From positions 96,001-160,000 of the forward strand of contig CAXXQS010000001.1 of the NCBI GenBank assembly GCA_963674735.2: a stretch of DNA of 64,000 nucleotides, written 5' to 3'. Below the pieces are notes generated by a model. It made no database searches and had not been told where the DNA came from. It was given only the letters and a program-made list of their open reading frames with translations. Of this stretch, positions 20,337-30,800 are shown piece by piece (position 1 is the stretch's first letter; every line of letters starts with the position of its first letter). A program made the translations under genes and the position numbers. This DNA is from Myxococcota bacterium (GTDB lineage Bacteria > Myxococcota_A > SURF-8).

Positions 20337-21539
20337 CTATTGTGATTCCTCTTGCTGTTTTGATTCCTTAATATATGCATTGTAAGGCGGACAGAACATA
20401 CCCCAGCAGCCGGGCAACCAGGCGCATTGCACCGGCCAATCCTGGTAGACAAGCTGGCATTTGTTTCCAACCGCCTCGAAACTCTCTTCATAGTCTTTCT
20501 GTTCCTTATCGAGATCAACCGGAGTGGAGTTGCACCAGTATTCGTTGAATCGGAGCAAGCAGGATCGACAGATATTCAGTCTGAAAGTAACCGAGTTGCT
20601 GGCGGTACCGGAACCATCCGAATTATCGCCTTTTGCGCGGATCTTGACGAGAATCATTTCTTCTTTGTTCGGGTTGACCGTCGTGTCAGCCGGAAAACAG
20701 GTGCCTCGAATGCACTCATATTCGAGCGCATTCTTGCTGGGATCTTCCGGATCGGGAATCGGGGTGCAATCATTGACTCCGGAGTTACAGGTCGGACGGC
20801 AAATTCCGTAGTCGCCGACTCCAACATCGCAGCGGAAAATTTGCTCTTCATCCAGGCGGTTACAGACCGCTTCAGTGCAAGCACGGGCACAACCGCTGGC
20901 CAGCGTGCAAGCATTGGAACAGATGCCTTGCTCGTTTTTGATGGTGGGGTCGCCGCTCGGCGTAATGCAGGGATAACCCAGGCAGACATCTTTGGCATTG
21001 CCATTGGTGCAGGCGATGGGATTTCCATCCGAATCATTGGGTTCCGGGCGCAGAGTTGCATATCCCCGGTTGCTTTTGTACGCGTTGTTGGCATAGTTTT
21101 CTTCGATCGCGTAGCGCACACTCTCAGGGACAATATTGACTTTAGCCGTGTATTTATCGCCGGGGCCCAAGAAATGACGAAGCGGAACCTTGATCTTTTC
21201 AATGGGATCCCAATCGACCGGTACTTCATACTCGATTTCGAAGTGTGTCAGCGTGATGTTGTTCCCTTCACTGGCGAGGAAATCACTGTTTTCAGTGGTT
21301 CCCCGACTATTCGTGACCGCGGGATGGATGATGTAGCCTTCCAGGGGGTTATAGCGGGCCACCTGAGTATCGTAGCTACCTTCTTCCTGAATAGCGGCCG
21401 GTGCACCGTCGGCAGTGGGGTAGGCCTCCTGATCGCATGCAAGCAACCCCGCCAATTCAAGCCCTTGCTGCTCCTCGATCGTACAGGCTGCCGTTGCTGC
21501 AAGCATCAAGATTAGGATTCCAAGTTTGAACAATTTCAT
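20337..21539 (-). CDS. Cys-rich lipoprotein downstream of pilQ
   Basis: MKLFKLGILILMLAATAAC lipobox; central Cys-rich block; likely co-transcribed with pilQ. Confidence 0.75.
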   Translation of the reverse strand: MKLFKLGILILMLAATAACTIEEQQGLELAGLLACDQEAYPTADGAPAAIQEEGSYDTQVARYNPLEGYIIHPAVTNSRGTTENSDFLASEGNNITLTHFEIEYEVPVDWDPIEKIKVPLRHFLGPGDKYTAKVNIVPESVRYAIEENYANNAYKSNRGYATLRPEPNDSDGNPIACTNGNAKDVCLGYPCITPSGDPTIKNEQGICSNACTLASGCARACTEAVCNRLDEEQIFRCDVGVGDYGICRPTCNSGVNDCTPIPDPEDPSKNALEYECIRGTCFPADTTVNPNKEEMILVKIRAKGDNSDGSGTASNSVTFRLNICRSCLLRFNEYWCNSTPVDLDKEQKDYEESFEAVGNKCQLVYQDWPVQCAWLPGCWGMFCPPYNAYIKESKQQEESQ

Positions 21540-21593
21540 CGGTTCCTCCAACCGTAACAGATGGGGTTTCAACCCTCGTGTTATCCGTCCGGA

Positions 21594-24371
21594 TTATTCC
21601 ATAGCCAACGAAGACTGGGACCGGTTGATAATGCGTGGGGTCACGAAGATCAGAAGTTCCGTTTTCTCTTCCGTGGTCGACCGGCCTTTGAAAAGCCATC
21701 CGAGAATCGGGATCTTGGAGAAGAGCGGAACGCCTTGTTCGTTGACAGAGCGCGATTTGGTGTAGATACCACCGATAACCGTCGTTTCACCAGTGCGAAC
21801 CAGCACTTCGGTCGTCGCTTCTTTCTGAATCACAGCAGGATCGCCGAGCGCGTTGGTCCGCGAGAAGTCGGGCTCCTGCTTGGTGATCTTGAGTTTCATG
21901 ATGATGCTGCCGTCAGCGGTGATGTGCGGTGTGACGTCTAAAGACAGGTTCGCTTCAACCATTTTCGAAACCGGGATACCGGTAGACGATACCGAGGTGA
22001 TCGGAATCTGCACACCCTGCTCGATTTTGGCCGAGGTATTATCGAGAGTTGAAATTCGCGGAGAAGAAATGATCTTGATCTTTCCGGAAGACTCCATGGC
22101 GGCCAGGCGCAGGGTGAGGTTGGCGGTGTTGTTGGCGCTGCCGAGAGTCAGACCGATACCACCGGCCGGGGCGCGCGTCGAGGGGACGTTCACAATCCAG
22201 TTGGGCGGTTGAGTCGTATTCGCGATACCGGGGCTGCTCGTGGCATCCTGAGCACCGGAAAGGCCGACGCTTGAAGGGAAGGCCAGGCCGGTGGCGTTGC
22301 CGGTAGCCTGGCTGGCCGTGTAATAGCCGCCCCACTGGATACCGGTTGCGAAGTCGTTGGAAATATTGGCTTCAACGATCTTGGCTTCGATCATGACCTG
22401 CGGAGTTTGCAGATCCAGTTTGGAAACCAGGGATTCCGCTTTGGACAGCACTTCGTCGATGTCTTTGACGATGATGACGTTGGTTCGTTCATCGAAACTC
22501 GATGTGCCGCGAGCCGAGAGCAGGTCGCGAATCTGAGTGACCATCGCGCTGGCATTGGCATAGCTGACGGGGATCAGACGGACCGAAAGCGGTTCCAGTT
22601 CACGTTGCGCTTTGAGCTGATTGATGCGAAGTTCACGCTCGCGCTGAAGAACCGACATCGGGGCGACGCGAATGATGTTGCCTTGGCGTTCTTTGCCGAG
22701 TCCTTTGGACCGTAGAATGATGTCGAGGGCCTGCTGCCAGGGAACGTTGAGCAGGCGCACCGTTACGCTACCTCTGACGTCGTCGGAAGCGATGATGTTC
22801 AGCTTGCTGACGTCGGCAATCAGGCGTAACACATCGAGAATATCGGTGTTTTTCAGTTCGAGAGAGATGCGCTGACCTTTGGCTTCTTTCGCGCTGGCCT
22901 GATAGAGCTCGGCTGCGCCGCTGGCCAGACCCGCGGTGTCGGTGGTTTCGTATTCGATAACCGTTCCGCCGTCGGGAGTCAGGCTGATGCGCCCGCTGCC
23001 GTTGTCGGCGCTCGCAACCGCGTTTTCACGATCGAAGCGCCACATCAGTGTGTTGCCTTCCATACGGACGGAGTTTTTGGCTGCGTTGCGAGTTTGCACG
23101 ACGACCTTGGTCAGGTTCGAATCTTCATCCGCGACATAAGAACTGATCAGCGTGACCGGGCTATCGAATTCGCTGGTATCCAGACTCTGTTCCAGGTTCG
23201 CGGGAAGGGTCGTGTTCGGAAGTTCGAGCACGAGCTGATCGTCGGCCCCTTCCGCGAGGCGGTAGGCGACGTCGCCGGTCAGCTTGATTTCGACCGTCGA
23301 GGAGTTAACTTGATGTTTGAAGTCCAAACCGAGAACATGATGGCTGCCAGCCTGGACCGGAGCGGCCTGTTCAATGACCGGAGCGACTTCGCTTTTGGCC
23401 TTCGCAGGCGTTTCGGCTTTGGCGATCGCGGTCGGAGCGACGGCCGTGGTGAGAAGGGCGAGAGAAAGCTTGCCATCAACCGAATCGACATCGACAGATT
23501 GCGCGGATTTGGCCATATCAAGCACCACCCGCAGTTTTTCGGCGTGACTGCCCAGGCGGATGGAGGAAACGTATTCACCATCACCGTTGATCGAGCGTTT
23601 TTTGGTGCTGTTGCGCAGTCCGTAAAAATCGACAACCAAGCGGTCCGGATCACAGAGACGGATCACTTCGACCGAGCCGTCGGAAAGCGGCTTCGTGGTG
23701 GAAGCGCTGAGGCGGATGCCGTTGTCGGCCGGGAGCAAGGAAAGGGAAGTCAAGGAACCCTTGGAGGCTTTGCCACCGTAAGGATGAATGACAACCGCTT
23801 CACCGTCGGGGCATTCGAAAGGCTCCACCGTTGCGATAGGTGCCGCTTCTTCGATAGGAGCGGTTTCCGGTTCAGTCGAGATGGCCGCTTGCTCGGCGAC
23901 GACCGCTTCCGGGGCCGCGTTGGAGAGAGCGAAGCCTTCGGGATGAGCGATTAAAAGCTTGAGGGTGGCGTCATCTTCACGCACGCTGAATTCCGCCTCG
24001 CGTTTAAAGCCGATCATGACGCGCGTCATGGACTTGTTGTCACGGGAAAATTCATTGGTGGTGATAACCGTGATCAGGCCGTCGTTTACTTCGCTGACAA
24101 CCGGAACGCCGGACGTTTTACAGTCGGCGATGTCAACGAGCAGGCGCTGCGGATCCGACATGCGGAAGACGTTGTAAACAAGCTTCCGTGACCCCGCCAA
24201 AGAGACGGTCGTTGTGCCGTCGACAGCATCGACACTTACGGACGTCAACTCATTGATAGCAGGCGTTTGCGCCTCCTGATCGGGTAGTACCGTTTGGTTG
24301 TTGGAGGCACAGGCAACCAGGAAGGCTGCAACCGCGATCAACAGTGGAAGAATTCTGTTGAGTGACATCAT
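21594..24371 (-). CDS. pilQ: Type IV pilus secretin with N-terminal AMIN domains
   Basis: AMIN motifs (DPQRLLVDI, DPDRLVVDF), ISLELKNTDILDVLRLIA, VPWQQALDIIL, QVMIEAKIVE, GVPLFSKIPILGWLFK, ELLIFVTPRII. Confidence 0.97.
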   Translation of the reverse strand: MMSLNRILPLLIAVAAFLVACASNNQTVLPDQEAQTPAINELTSVSVDAVDGTTTVSLAGSRKLVYNVFRMSDPQRLLVDIADCKTSGVPVVSEVNDGLITVITTNEFSRDNKSMTRVMIGFKREAEFSVREDDATLKLLIAHPEGFALSNAAPEAVVAEQAAISTEPETAPIEEAAPIATVEPFECPDGEAVVIHPYGGKASKGSLTSLSLLPADNGIRLSASTTKPLSDGSVEVIRLCDPDRLVVDFYGLRNSTKKRSINGDGEYVSSIRLGSHAEKLRVVLDMAKSAQSVDVDSVDGKLSLALLTTAVAPTAIAKAETPAKAKSEVAPVIEQAAPVQAGSHHVLGLDFKHQVNSSTVEIKLTGDVAYRLAEGADDQLVLELPNTTLPANLEQSLDTSEFDSPVTLISSYVADEDSNLTKVVVQTRNAAKNSVRMEGNTLMWRFDRENAVASADNGSGRISLTPDGGTVIEYETTDTAGLASGAAELYQASAKEAKGQRISLELKNTDILDVLRLIADVSKLNIIASDDVRGSVTVRLLNVPWQQALDIILRSKGLGKERQGNIIRVAPMSVLQRERELRINQLKAQRELEPLSVRLIPVSYANASAMVTQIRDLLSARGTSSFDERTNVIIVKDIDEVLSKAESLVSKLDLQTPQVMIEAKIVEANISNDFATGIQWGGYYTASQATGNATGLAFPSSVGLSGAQDATSSPGIANTTQPPNWIVNVPSTRAPAGGIGLTLGSANNTANLTLRLAAMESSGKIKIISSPRISTLDNTSAKIEQGVQIPITSVSSTGIPVSKMVEANLSLDVTPHITADGSIIMKLKITKQEPDFSRTNALGDPAVIQKEATTEVLVRTGETTVIGGIYTKSRSVNEQGVPLFSKIPILGWLFKGRSTTEEKTELLIFVTPRIINRSQSSLAME

Positions 24372-24436
24372 CTATCTCTCCTTAGCTTAGACGGCTCTCC
24401 AGCTAACGTTGCGAGCTATAAAATCATCGAAAAATA

Positions 24437-25015
24437 CTAATCAAGCGAAATGGCTCCCTCCGCCTCTTCACCTACCGGTGAAAGGGTGGTTGAGGCATCA
24501 TCCGGTCGAATCGTTTTAACTGGAAGTTTCATTTCGATCTGGTTGGTAACCTTCTGACCGTTAGGCAGACGGGATTGTTCCAACACCACGACCGAATCGC
24601 GCTTGATTTTAACCACTTTTCCCCAATTCCGGCCGATCAGCGTACCGGTTTTGATGGTGTAGCTCATGCCGTTTGGCGCAACAACGATGGCCGCCGGCGA
24701 TGAAATACCCCACAAAATAGCCGTAACCGAAAGGGAGTCGATCTCGAAGTTCTGCAGAGGGCTGAGAATCGATTCTTCGGAAGCCATCTCCATTTCTCCG
24801 CTGTTTTCATCGAAAATGGAGCGGAAGGGATCCCGTTTGCCGATCGACGTGTAAACGTAATCCGATTCGGGTACGGCCTTGTCCGATGGCTTGACGGTTT
24901 CCGGAGCGGCAGTTTGTTTGGCTGACTGTTTTTTCTTTGTGCTCTTGCTGATGGTGATTTCACCACCACAACTGGCAATAAAGAACACCAAGACAAGCAG
25001 CGTGAGGAACCGCAT
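24437..25015 (-). CDS. pilP: Type IV pilus lipoprotein PilP
   Basis: Lipobox IASC from the ATG at 25015 (RBS GGGAGG); KRDPFRS, SPLQNFEI, IGRNWGKV. Confidence 0.92.
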   Translation of the reverse strand: MRFLTLLVLVFFIASCGGEITISKSTKKKQSAKQTAAPETVKPSDKAVPESDYVYTSIGKRDPFRSIFDENSGEMEMASEESILSPLQNFEIDSLSVTAILWGISSPAAIVVAPNGMSYTIKTGTLIGRNWGKVVKIKRDSVVVLEQSRLPNGQKVTNQIEMKLPVKTIRPDDASTTLSPVGEEAEGAISLD

Positions 25016-25100
25016 GATGCCTCCCTTTTGCACGCCGTAACATTTCAAGTTCGTGGTTTCAAACGTGTTCACGATGGTTGCCTCTCGTTTCACGCTATTT

Positions 25101-25706
25101 TCATTTCTTCTTTTTGGCGGGCGGATCCGGTTGCGGAATAAACCGGAACGTTGTCGCCACGCAGTTGGTCATCAGCCGCTTCTTGCTGGATTCCATTTTA
25201 TTGGCGGATGAAGGCGCAAAATTGAAATTGTCGATATTGACGATACGTGAGAGCTTACCGACCGCATCGAAAAAGTTTGTGATCTCGTTGTAGGAACCAA
25301 TCAATCTCAATCCGACCGGCACTTTGGCGTAAAAGTCCTGCGGAACCTCGGGTTTGGGTTGGAACGTCAGGATTTCGAGCCCGGATTTCTGAGCCAGCGA
25401 GGAAATCTTTTGTAGCAGGGTCGGGATTTCACTCCGATTGGGAAGAAGCTTGATTGCTTTTTGCAAATCTTGGTTGAGCTGCTCAACCTCCCGTTTGTAC
25501 TGGGAAAGATCTCCAACCATCTTCTTCTTTTCTTCCAGGCTGGATTCAAGGTCGGCAATCCGATTCGCGAGCTTTTCCTGCTTCTCGATTTTGGGGTTAT
25601 AGCCCATCATATAATAGGCCACGACCAGGAGCAGGCAAATCAGGAGCATTCCGCCAATCTTTTGAATGGCAGGGATGCGTGAAAACTTGTCGAAAAAGGC
25701 GTCCAT
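25101..25706 (-). CDS. pilO: Type IV pilus assembly protein PilO
   Basis: TM helix, coiled coil, LLPNRSEIPTLL, FYAKVPV...GSYNEITNFF...LSRIVNI. Confidence 0.95.
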   Translation of the reverse strand: MDAFFDKFSRIPAIQKIGGMLLICLLLVVAYYMMGYNPKIEKQEKLANRIADLESSLEEKKKMVGDLSQYKREVEQLNQDLQKAIKLLPNRSEIPTLLQKISSLAQKSGLEILTFQPKPEVPQDFYAKVPVGLRLIGSYNEITNFFDAVGKLSRIVNIDNFNFAPSSANKMESSKKRLMTNCVATTFRFIPQPDPPAKKKK

Positions 25707-25727
25707 GGTTGACTCCCCTTAATCAGG

Positions 25728-26282
25728 CTAGGAGCGCGGAACCGAATATTTAAGATGCAAACGGAAGCTCATCACCGGCATGCTGACATCCTTGGTTTTG
25801 CCCTGAGTGATGTTGACCAGTTTGATATCACTAAAGAAAGGCGATGCTTCAAGGTTTTTCATGAAGATGGCGATTTCTTTATTATCGGTGGCCATTCCGT
25901 TCATGTTCAACGTGTTGCCGGACTGGTTCAGGCTTTCCAGCCAGACTTTCTTGGGAATCACCGTGCTTAGCTCGTCGAGAATACGCACGGGACCTGTTTT
26001 ACCTTTGCGGAGCAGTTCGATGACATCAAGCTTCTTCTTCAGGCTGGTTTTCTTTTCCTGAATGGTGTTGATATCGCCGATCAGCTCTTCGAGTCGTTTC
26101 ATCTCTTTAGAGATTTCGGCTTCTTTCTGCTGGAGAATCGCGACTTTCTCCTGCTCGCCGCTGTGAATCGAATAGAGGAGCAGACCCAGAGCGACCAAGA
26201 TGATGACAAACAGCAGCAGTTGCTGTTGACCGGCGCCCCGTTTCTTTCTTTGCTTAGTCGGTAGAAGGTTGATTCGAATCAT
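25728..26282 (-). CDS. pilN: Type IV pilus assembly protein PilN
   Basis: MIRINLLP N-terminus, TM helix, IPKKVWL, FMKNLEASPFF. Confidence 0.95.
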   Translation of the reverse strand: MIRINLLPTKQRKKRGAGQQQLLLFVIILVALGLLLYSIHSGEQEKVAILQQKEAEISKEMKRLEELIGDINTIQEKKTSLKKKLDVIELLRKGKTGPVRILDELSTVIPKKVWLESLNQSGNTLNMNGMATDNKEIAIFMKNLEASPFFSDIKLVNITQGKTKDVSMPVMSFRLHLKYSVPRS

Positions 26283-27337
26283 TACGCGTCAAACCTCCGC
26301 AGCCCGAGACCAACGGCCACCGAGGCCATCGGCGCGACGTTCCGAATGAAGTTCACATCAAAGATTTTCTCGTTGATGCGGATATTTCGGAACGGGTCCA
26401 TGAATTCAACCGGAATTCCGGTGCGACTTTCAAGTACCTTGTAAAGAGTCGATATTTTCGAGGTGCCGCCGCACAGGTAAATCTTGGAAATGTCGCTGTC
26501 CTGGTTGGTGGCCGAGAAGAATTCCAGCGAACGCCGGATCTCGGATGCCAGGTTTTCCGAAACCTCCTGGATCACGCGTTCGACCTCCTGGGGGATGACC
26601 GAATCGGCGTCTACGCCCGGCTCGCCGCCCAGCTTGAGATCTTCCGCTTCCTCATAGCTGAGATTCAACTGCTTTTGAATCTCTTCGGTAAACTGATTGC
26701 CGCCGATGGTGATGTCGCGGGTGAAGGTGGTGATACGATTGGCCACGATCACGATGTTGGTCACCGATGCGCCGATGTTGATCAGCGCAATGGTTTCTTC
26801 AGGCGGAAGCGAGTAGTTGATTTCAAAGGCGTTTTCAACCGCAAAGGCGTCGACATCGACCGTTACGGGAGTGAGACCGGCCTCACTGACGACCGCCACG
26901 TAGTCGTAGATCATATCCTTCTTACCCGCCACCAAAAGAACGTCCATTTGGCCCGGCTCGCTGCCGGTCGGGTTGAGGATCTGCACGTCGACGTTAACGT
27001 CGTTGATGTCAAAGGGAATGTACTGCTCGGCTTCCCATTGAAGCGAGTTTTCCAGTTCCGCCTTGGTCATCTGCGGGAGAGAGATCTTTTTAATGATGAC
27101 CGAGTGACCGGAAATGGACAGGGCACACTCCTTGGTCTTGATCATCTGGGATTGAATCAGCCTGCGAATCGCATCCACCACCGCACCCGAGTTCATCAGA
27201 GCCCGGTCGACGATGGTTTGCGGGGGAAGCGGAGCAATACCGAAGTTGACGAGTTCGTATCCCCTCTTACTCCGTTTCAGGCTGATGACCTTGACGGAGC
27301 TGGAACCGATATCCAATCCGATGAGTCCTTTGGCCAT
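26282..27337 (-). CDS. pilM: Type IV pilus assembly protein PilM
   Basis: IGLDIGSSSVK, EAEQYIPF, VDVDAFA, GGNQFTEEI, AVGLGLR. Confidence 0.97.
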   Translation of the reverse strand: MAKGLIGLDIGSSSVKVISLKRSKRGYELVNFGIAPLPPQTIVDRALMNSGAVVDAIRRLIQSQMIKTKECALSISGHSVIIKKISLPQMTKAELENSLQWEAEQYIPFDINDVNVDVQILNPTGSEPGQMDVLLVAGKKDMIYDYVAVVSEAGLTPVTVDVDAFAVENAFEINYSLPPEETIALINIGASVTNIVIVANRITTFTRDITIGGNQFTEEIQKQLNLSYEEAEDLKLGGEPGVDADSVIPQEVERVIQEVSENLASEIRRSLEFFSATNQDSDISKIYLCGGTSKISTLYKVLESRTGIPVEFMDPFRNIRINEKIFDVNFIRNVAPMASVAVGLGLRRFDA

Positions 27338-27373
27338 TGCCTACCCTTTCTTATAGGTTCCCTCGGGCTTCCG

Positions 27374-27604
27374 TTAGATGCCGGTCGAAGCGGTTTTTGC
27401 TTGCGAAACCGGAGCATCTCCAAATACCAAATCCCGGTCGTCGAGTGCGAGCCCAAGCCCCAGGATGATCTTCCTCATCGTATCCACGCGGCACGATTTG
27501 CCGCTTTCCACACGGTCGATTGTCAAAACCGATAACCCTGATCGGCGAGCAAGCTCCGCTTTACTCATCAACATCTTCTCGCGGATGGCTTGAACATTAT
27601 TCAT
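27374..27604 (-). CDS. Small XRE-type HTH protein upstream of pilM
   Basis: NNVQAIREKMLMSKAELARRSGLSVLTIDRVESG...CRVDTMRKII; this type of gene commonly precedes pilM in deltaproteobacteria. Confidence 0.88.
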   Translation of the reverse strand: MNNVQAIREKMLMSKAELARRSGLSVLTIDRVESGKSCRVDTMRKIILGLGLALDDRDLVFGDAPVSQAKTASTGI

Positions 27605-27651
27605 AGTCCAACATCTCCATGGTTAAGCAATACGCTTTGGGATCTGTTGGG

Positions 27652-27714
27652 TGTAATTTTAATATCATTAGGGCCAAATTGTCAAGAATTTTTTTTAGTT
27701 TAATATAAATTACA
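27652..27714 (-). promoter_or_regulatory. Sigma70-like promoter of HTH-pilMNOPQ with flanking inverted repeat
   Basis: Minus strand TTGACA (27685-27680)-N18-TAAAAT (27661-27656) in AT-rich DNA; TGTAATTT (27652-27659) and AAATTACA (27707-27714) form an inverted pair. Confidence 0.55.
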
Positions 27715-27886
27715 TATAAATTAGGTCTAACTAACTATATCCATCCTCCATTAATATTTGGTACTGCAAAATATGAAAAGAGTGTCTATTGTACGCCTAC
27801 ACGGCTGCAACCACAAGTTTTTTCTTTTCTTTTTCGATTTCGTGCGCGTTGTAGGGCCGCGGGGCTTACTTTTGTGTCACTCGCAT

Positions 27887-30800
27887 TCATTCCCACACCC
27901 AACCGACAACGTCTTCAAAAATATAACCATTGCTGCTCAATTGCGACAACTCAAGGTCGCTGGTCGTATAGATATGATCGGTTAGGTCGGGATTGACCAT
28001 CTGGTAGAGCGGGGTGGATTCGGGGTCGCCGGATGTGAGCGCCAGGTAGCCGAGGATCGGACCCTGAATATAACCTAGAGCGAGATAATCGGAGATGGTT
28101 TGCGCATTGGCGCTGTAAACCGTGTCGGTCGTGGTGGTGTTCGTGAGTTCGACGAAGGCCGCCAGTCCGGGCTGGGCTTCGGTGTACAGAACAAGGGGTG
28201 CGGCGGCGGTGTCGAGGGTGAAACCGCTCGGCGGGCTGGGATCGGCACTCAAACGATGATCCAAGTCGAAGCCGGGGATGACTTCGCGCTCGAAGCGATA
28301 AACGTTTGTCCGGCAGATTTCATCGGTTTGGCCGTCGCAGTCGTTGTCCTGGCCGTCGCAGGTTTCGTCGTTGCCGCTGTAGGTGGGATGTTCGGGCTCG
28401 TTCACCGAGCAGATGTGGCCTCCTTCGGCGGTACACAGCCAGATGCCTTCGGCTGTGGCGCAAGCGCCGGTTCCGTTGCAGATTTCCGGTGGATTGACGC
28501 CGTACCCTTCGTCCACCGCGCCATCGCAGTTGTTGTCGGTTCCGTCGCAAAGCTCATGGCTTCCGTCGTAGGCGCTGCCGCCGATGTCGGTGGAGCAGCG
28601 GTCGTCGCCCATGCCGTCGCATTCGTAGACGCCGACGCCGCAAGCCCCCACGCCGTCACAGGCGGCTCCGAGGGGGAAGTCTTCGTCGGTGGAGCCGTCG
28701 CAGTCGTTGTCCAGGTCGTCGCATTGTTCGGGCGATCCTTCGTATTCGCTGCCGCCCTCCTCGGTGGAACAGCGTGTGGAAAACTCGTTGGCGCATTCAA
28801 GCATGCCGGTGCCGCAGACACCTTCACCCACACACAGGCCGCCGATGCCGAAGTTCTCGTCGGTGAAACCGTCGCAATCGTTGTCCAGACCGTCGCACAG
28901 CTCCTGGCGGGCGACGTGGGTGCTGCCGCCGGGATCGCTGGAACAGAGCCGGGCGACCAGCGACGCGCATTCCCATAAACCCGAGCCGCACTCGCCGGTT
29001 CCGGTACACGGCTCGTCGATTTGGAAATCTTCATCGATAGCACTATCGCAGTCGTTGTCGCTACCGTCGCAGAGCTCGGGACGGGATTGACTGTTGCTGC
29101 CGCCGATATCGGTGGAGCAGCGGCGAGAATTCAGCGAGGCGCATTCCCACAAGCCGATGCCGCAGTCCCCGACGCCGTCGCAGGGCTGGCCGATCTGCCA
29201 GTCTTCGTCGACGGAGCCGTCGCAGTCGTTGTCGTTGCCGTCGCAAACTTCCGGAGCGCCGTCATATTCGCTGCCGTCGGGCAGGGTGGAGCAGCGCACC
29301 GTTGTTTCCGAGGCGCATTCCCACACGCCGTCTCGACAAACGCCCTCGCCCGAACAAGTCAGCCCGAGGCCGAATGTTTCGTCCGTCAGACCATCGCAGT
29401 CGTTATCCAGATTGTCGCAAAGCTCATCCTGACTTTGATCCTGGCTGCCGCCACGGTCGGTCGAGCAGCGGGCCGCGAAGGCGTTGCGGCATTCGTACAC
29501 GCCGCTGCCGCATTCCCCGACGCCGTTACAGCTTTCACCGACCGAAAAATCTTCGTCGGTGAGTCCGTCGCAGTCTTCATCGAGGTTGTTGCAGGCTTCG
29601 GCGTTGGCCACATACTCGCTGCCGCCCGGGTTCGTGGAGCAGAGCAGTTCGCCGGGATCGGTGGAGTTGCATTCGGTCACGCCCACCGGGCATTGGCCCT
29701 CACCTTGGCAGAATTCACCGAGTATGAAGCCTTCGTCTACGGCGCAGTTGCAATTGTCGTCGAGGCCGTTGCAGATCTCGTCGTCGTTGGGATGGCCCGA
29801 GCAGGGCGTCTCGCAGTCGTTGGGATTGTCGTCGCAATTGTAAAAGCCGCTTGGACAGGCCTGTGCCTCGCCGCGCAGGGTGAAAACAAAGGGGCTGCGA
29901 TCGAGATCGTTGCTTTCGATGCGCAGGGTTTCTTCGAAGTCGTCCGCGCTACTTGGAACGAACGACACGAGGATGTCGTAGTGGTCGCCCGAACTGTCGA
30001 AGGGACGCAGAAGCGCGGGTAACGGCGTTTCCGGCAAAACGGCCAGAAAAGCGCTTGCGAATCCGGGGTCGGGGCTGATCGACGACAGCAGCAGGGGGCC
30101 TTCGCCGCTGTTTTTCACCGTTAGCACCACCGGTCCGCGGCTGCCGCCGATGAACGTGCTCTCGAATTCATAAGGGGTGGCGGGCGAGATGTCGAGCACC
30201 GGGTCGATACCCGTTCCCGTGAGCGACACTTCCACATGCCGCCATTCGGGGCGCGTATCGTTGCTGTCGAGATAGAACAATCCGTCGATTGTACCGGTGG
30301 AATCGGGTGTAAAGACGATATCCAGATCGAGGGAGCTGTTCCAGGGTAGCGGATCGGCGACGGCGGTCGGATCGACGCTGAATGACGAGGAACCCTGCGT
30401 GATACCGAGTTCTTCGAGAGTCAGAGCCGCGCGGCCGGTGTTGGTGACGGTCAGGGTGATGGTCTTGCTCGATCCGAGTTGGACGTCGCCGAAGGTCAGG
30501 GCGTCGGTTTCGCTGATTTCCAGTGTGGCGGCCGTGCCACGACCCGACAACCCGAGCTCGACGCTGCCGGCCGAGTTGTCCGATTCGATGATCAGGCGAT
30601 CGATGATCGAGCCTTCCTCTTCCGGCTCGAAGGCGAGGGTGAACTGGCGCTCCCCGCCGCCCCCCGCCAGTGTAAACGGAAACAATCCGGCTTCGTCCAC
30701 GATCCGATAAGGGCTGTCGGCCATGGCGAAATCAGCCTCAAGCACGTCCACCGGCCAGCCCCCGGCATTGCGCAGGGTGACATTCAACTCGGGCGATTCG

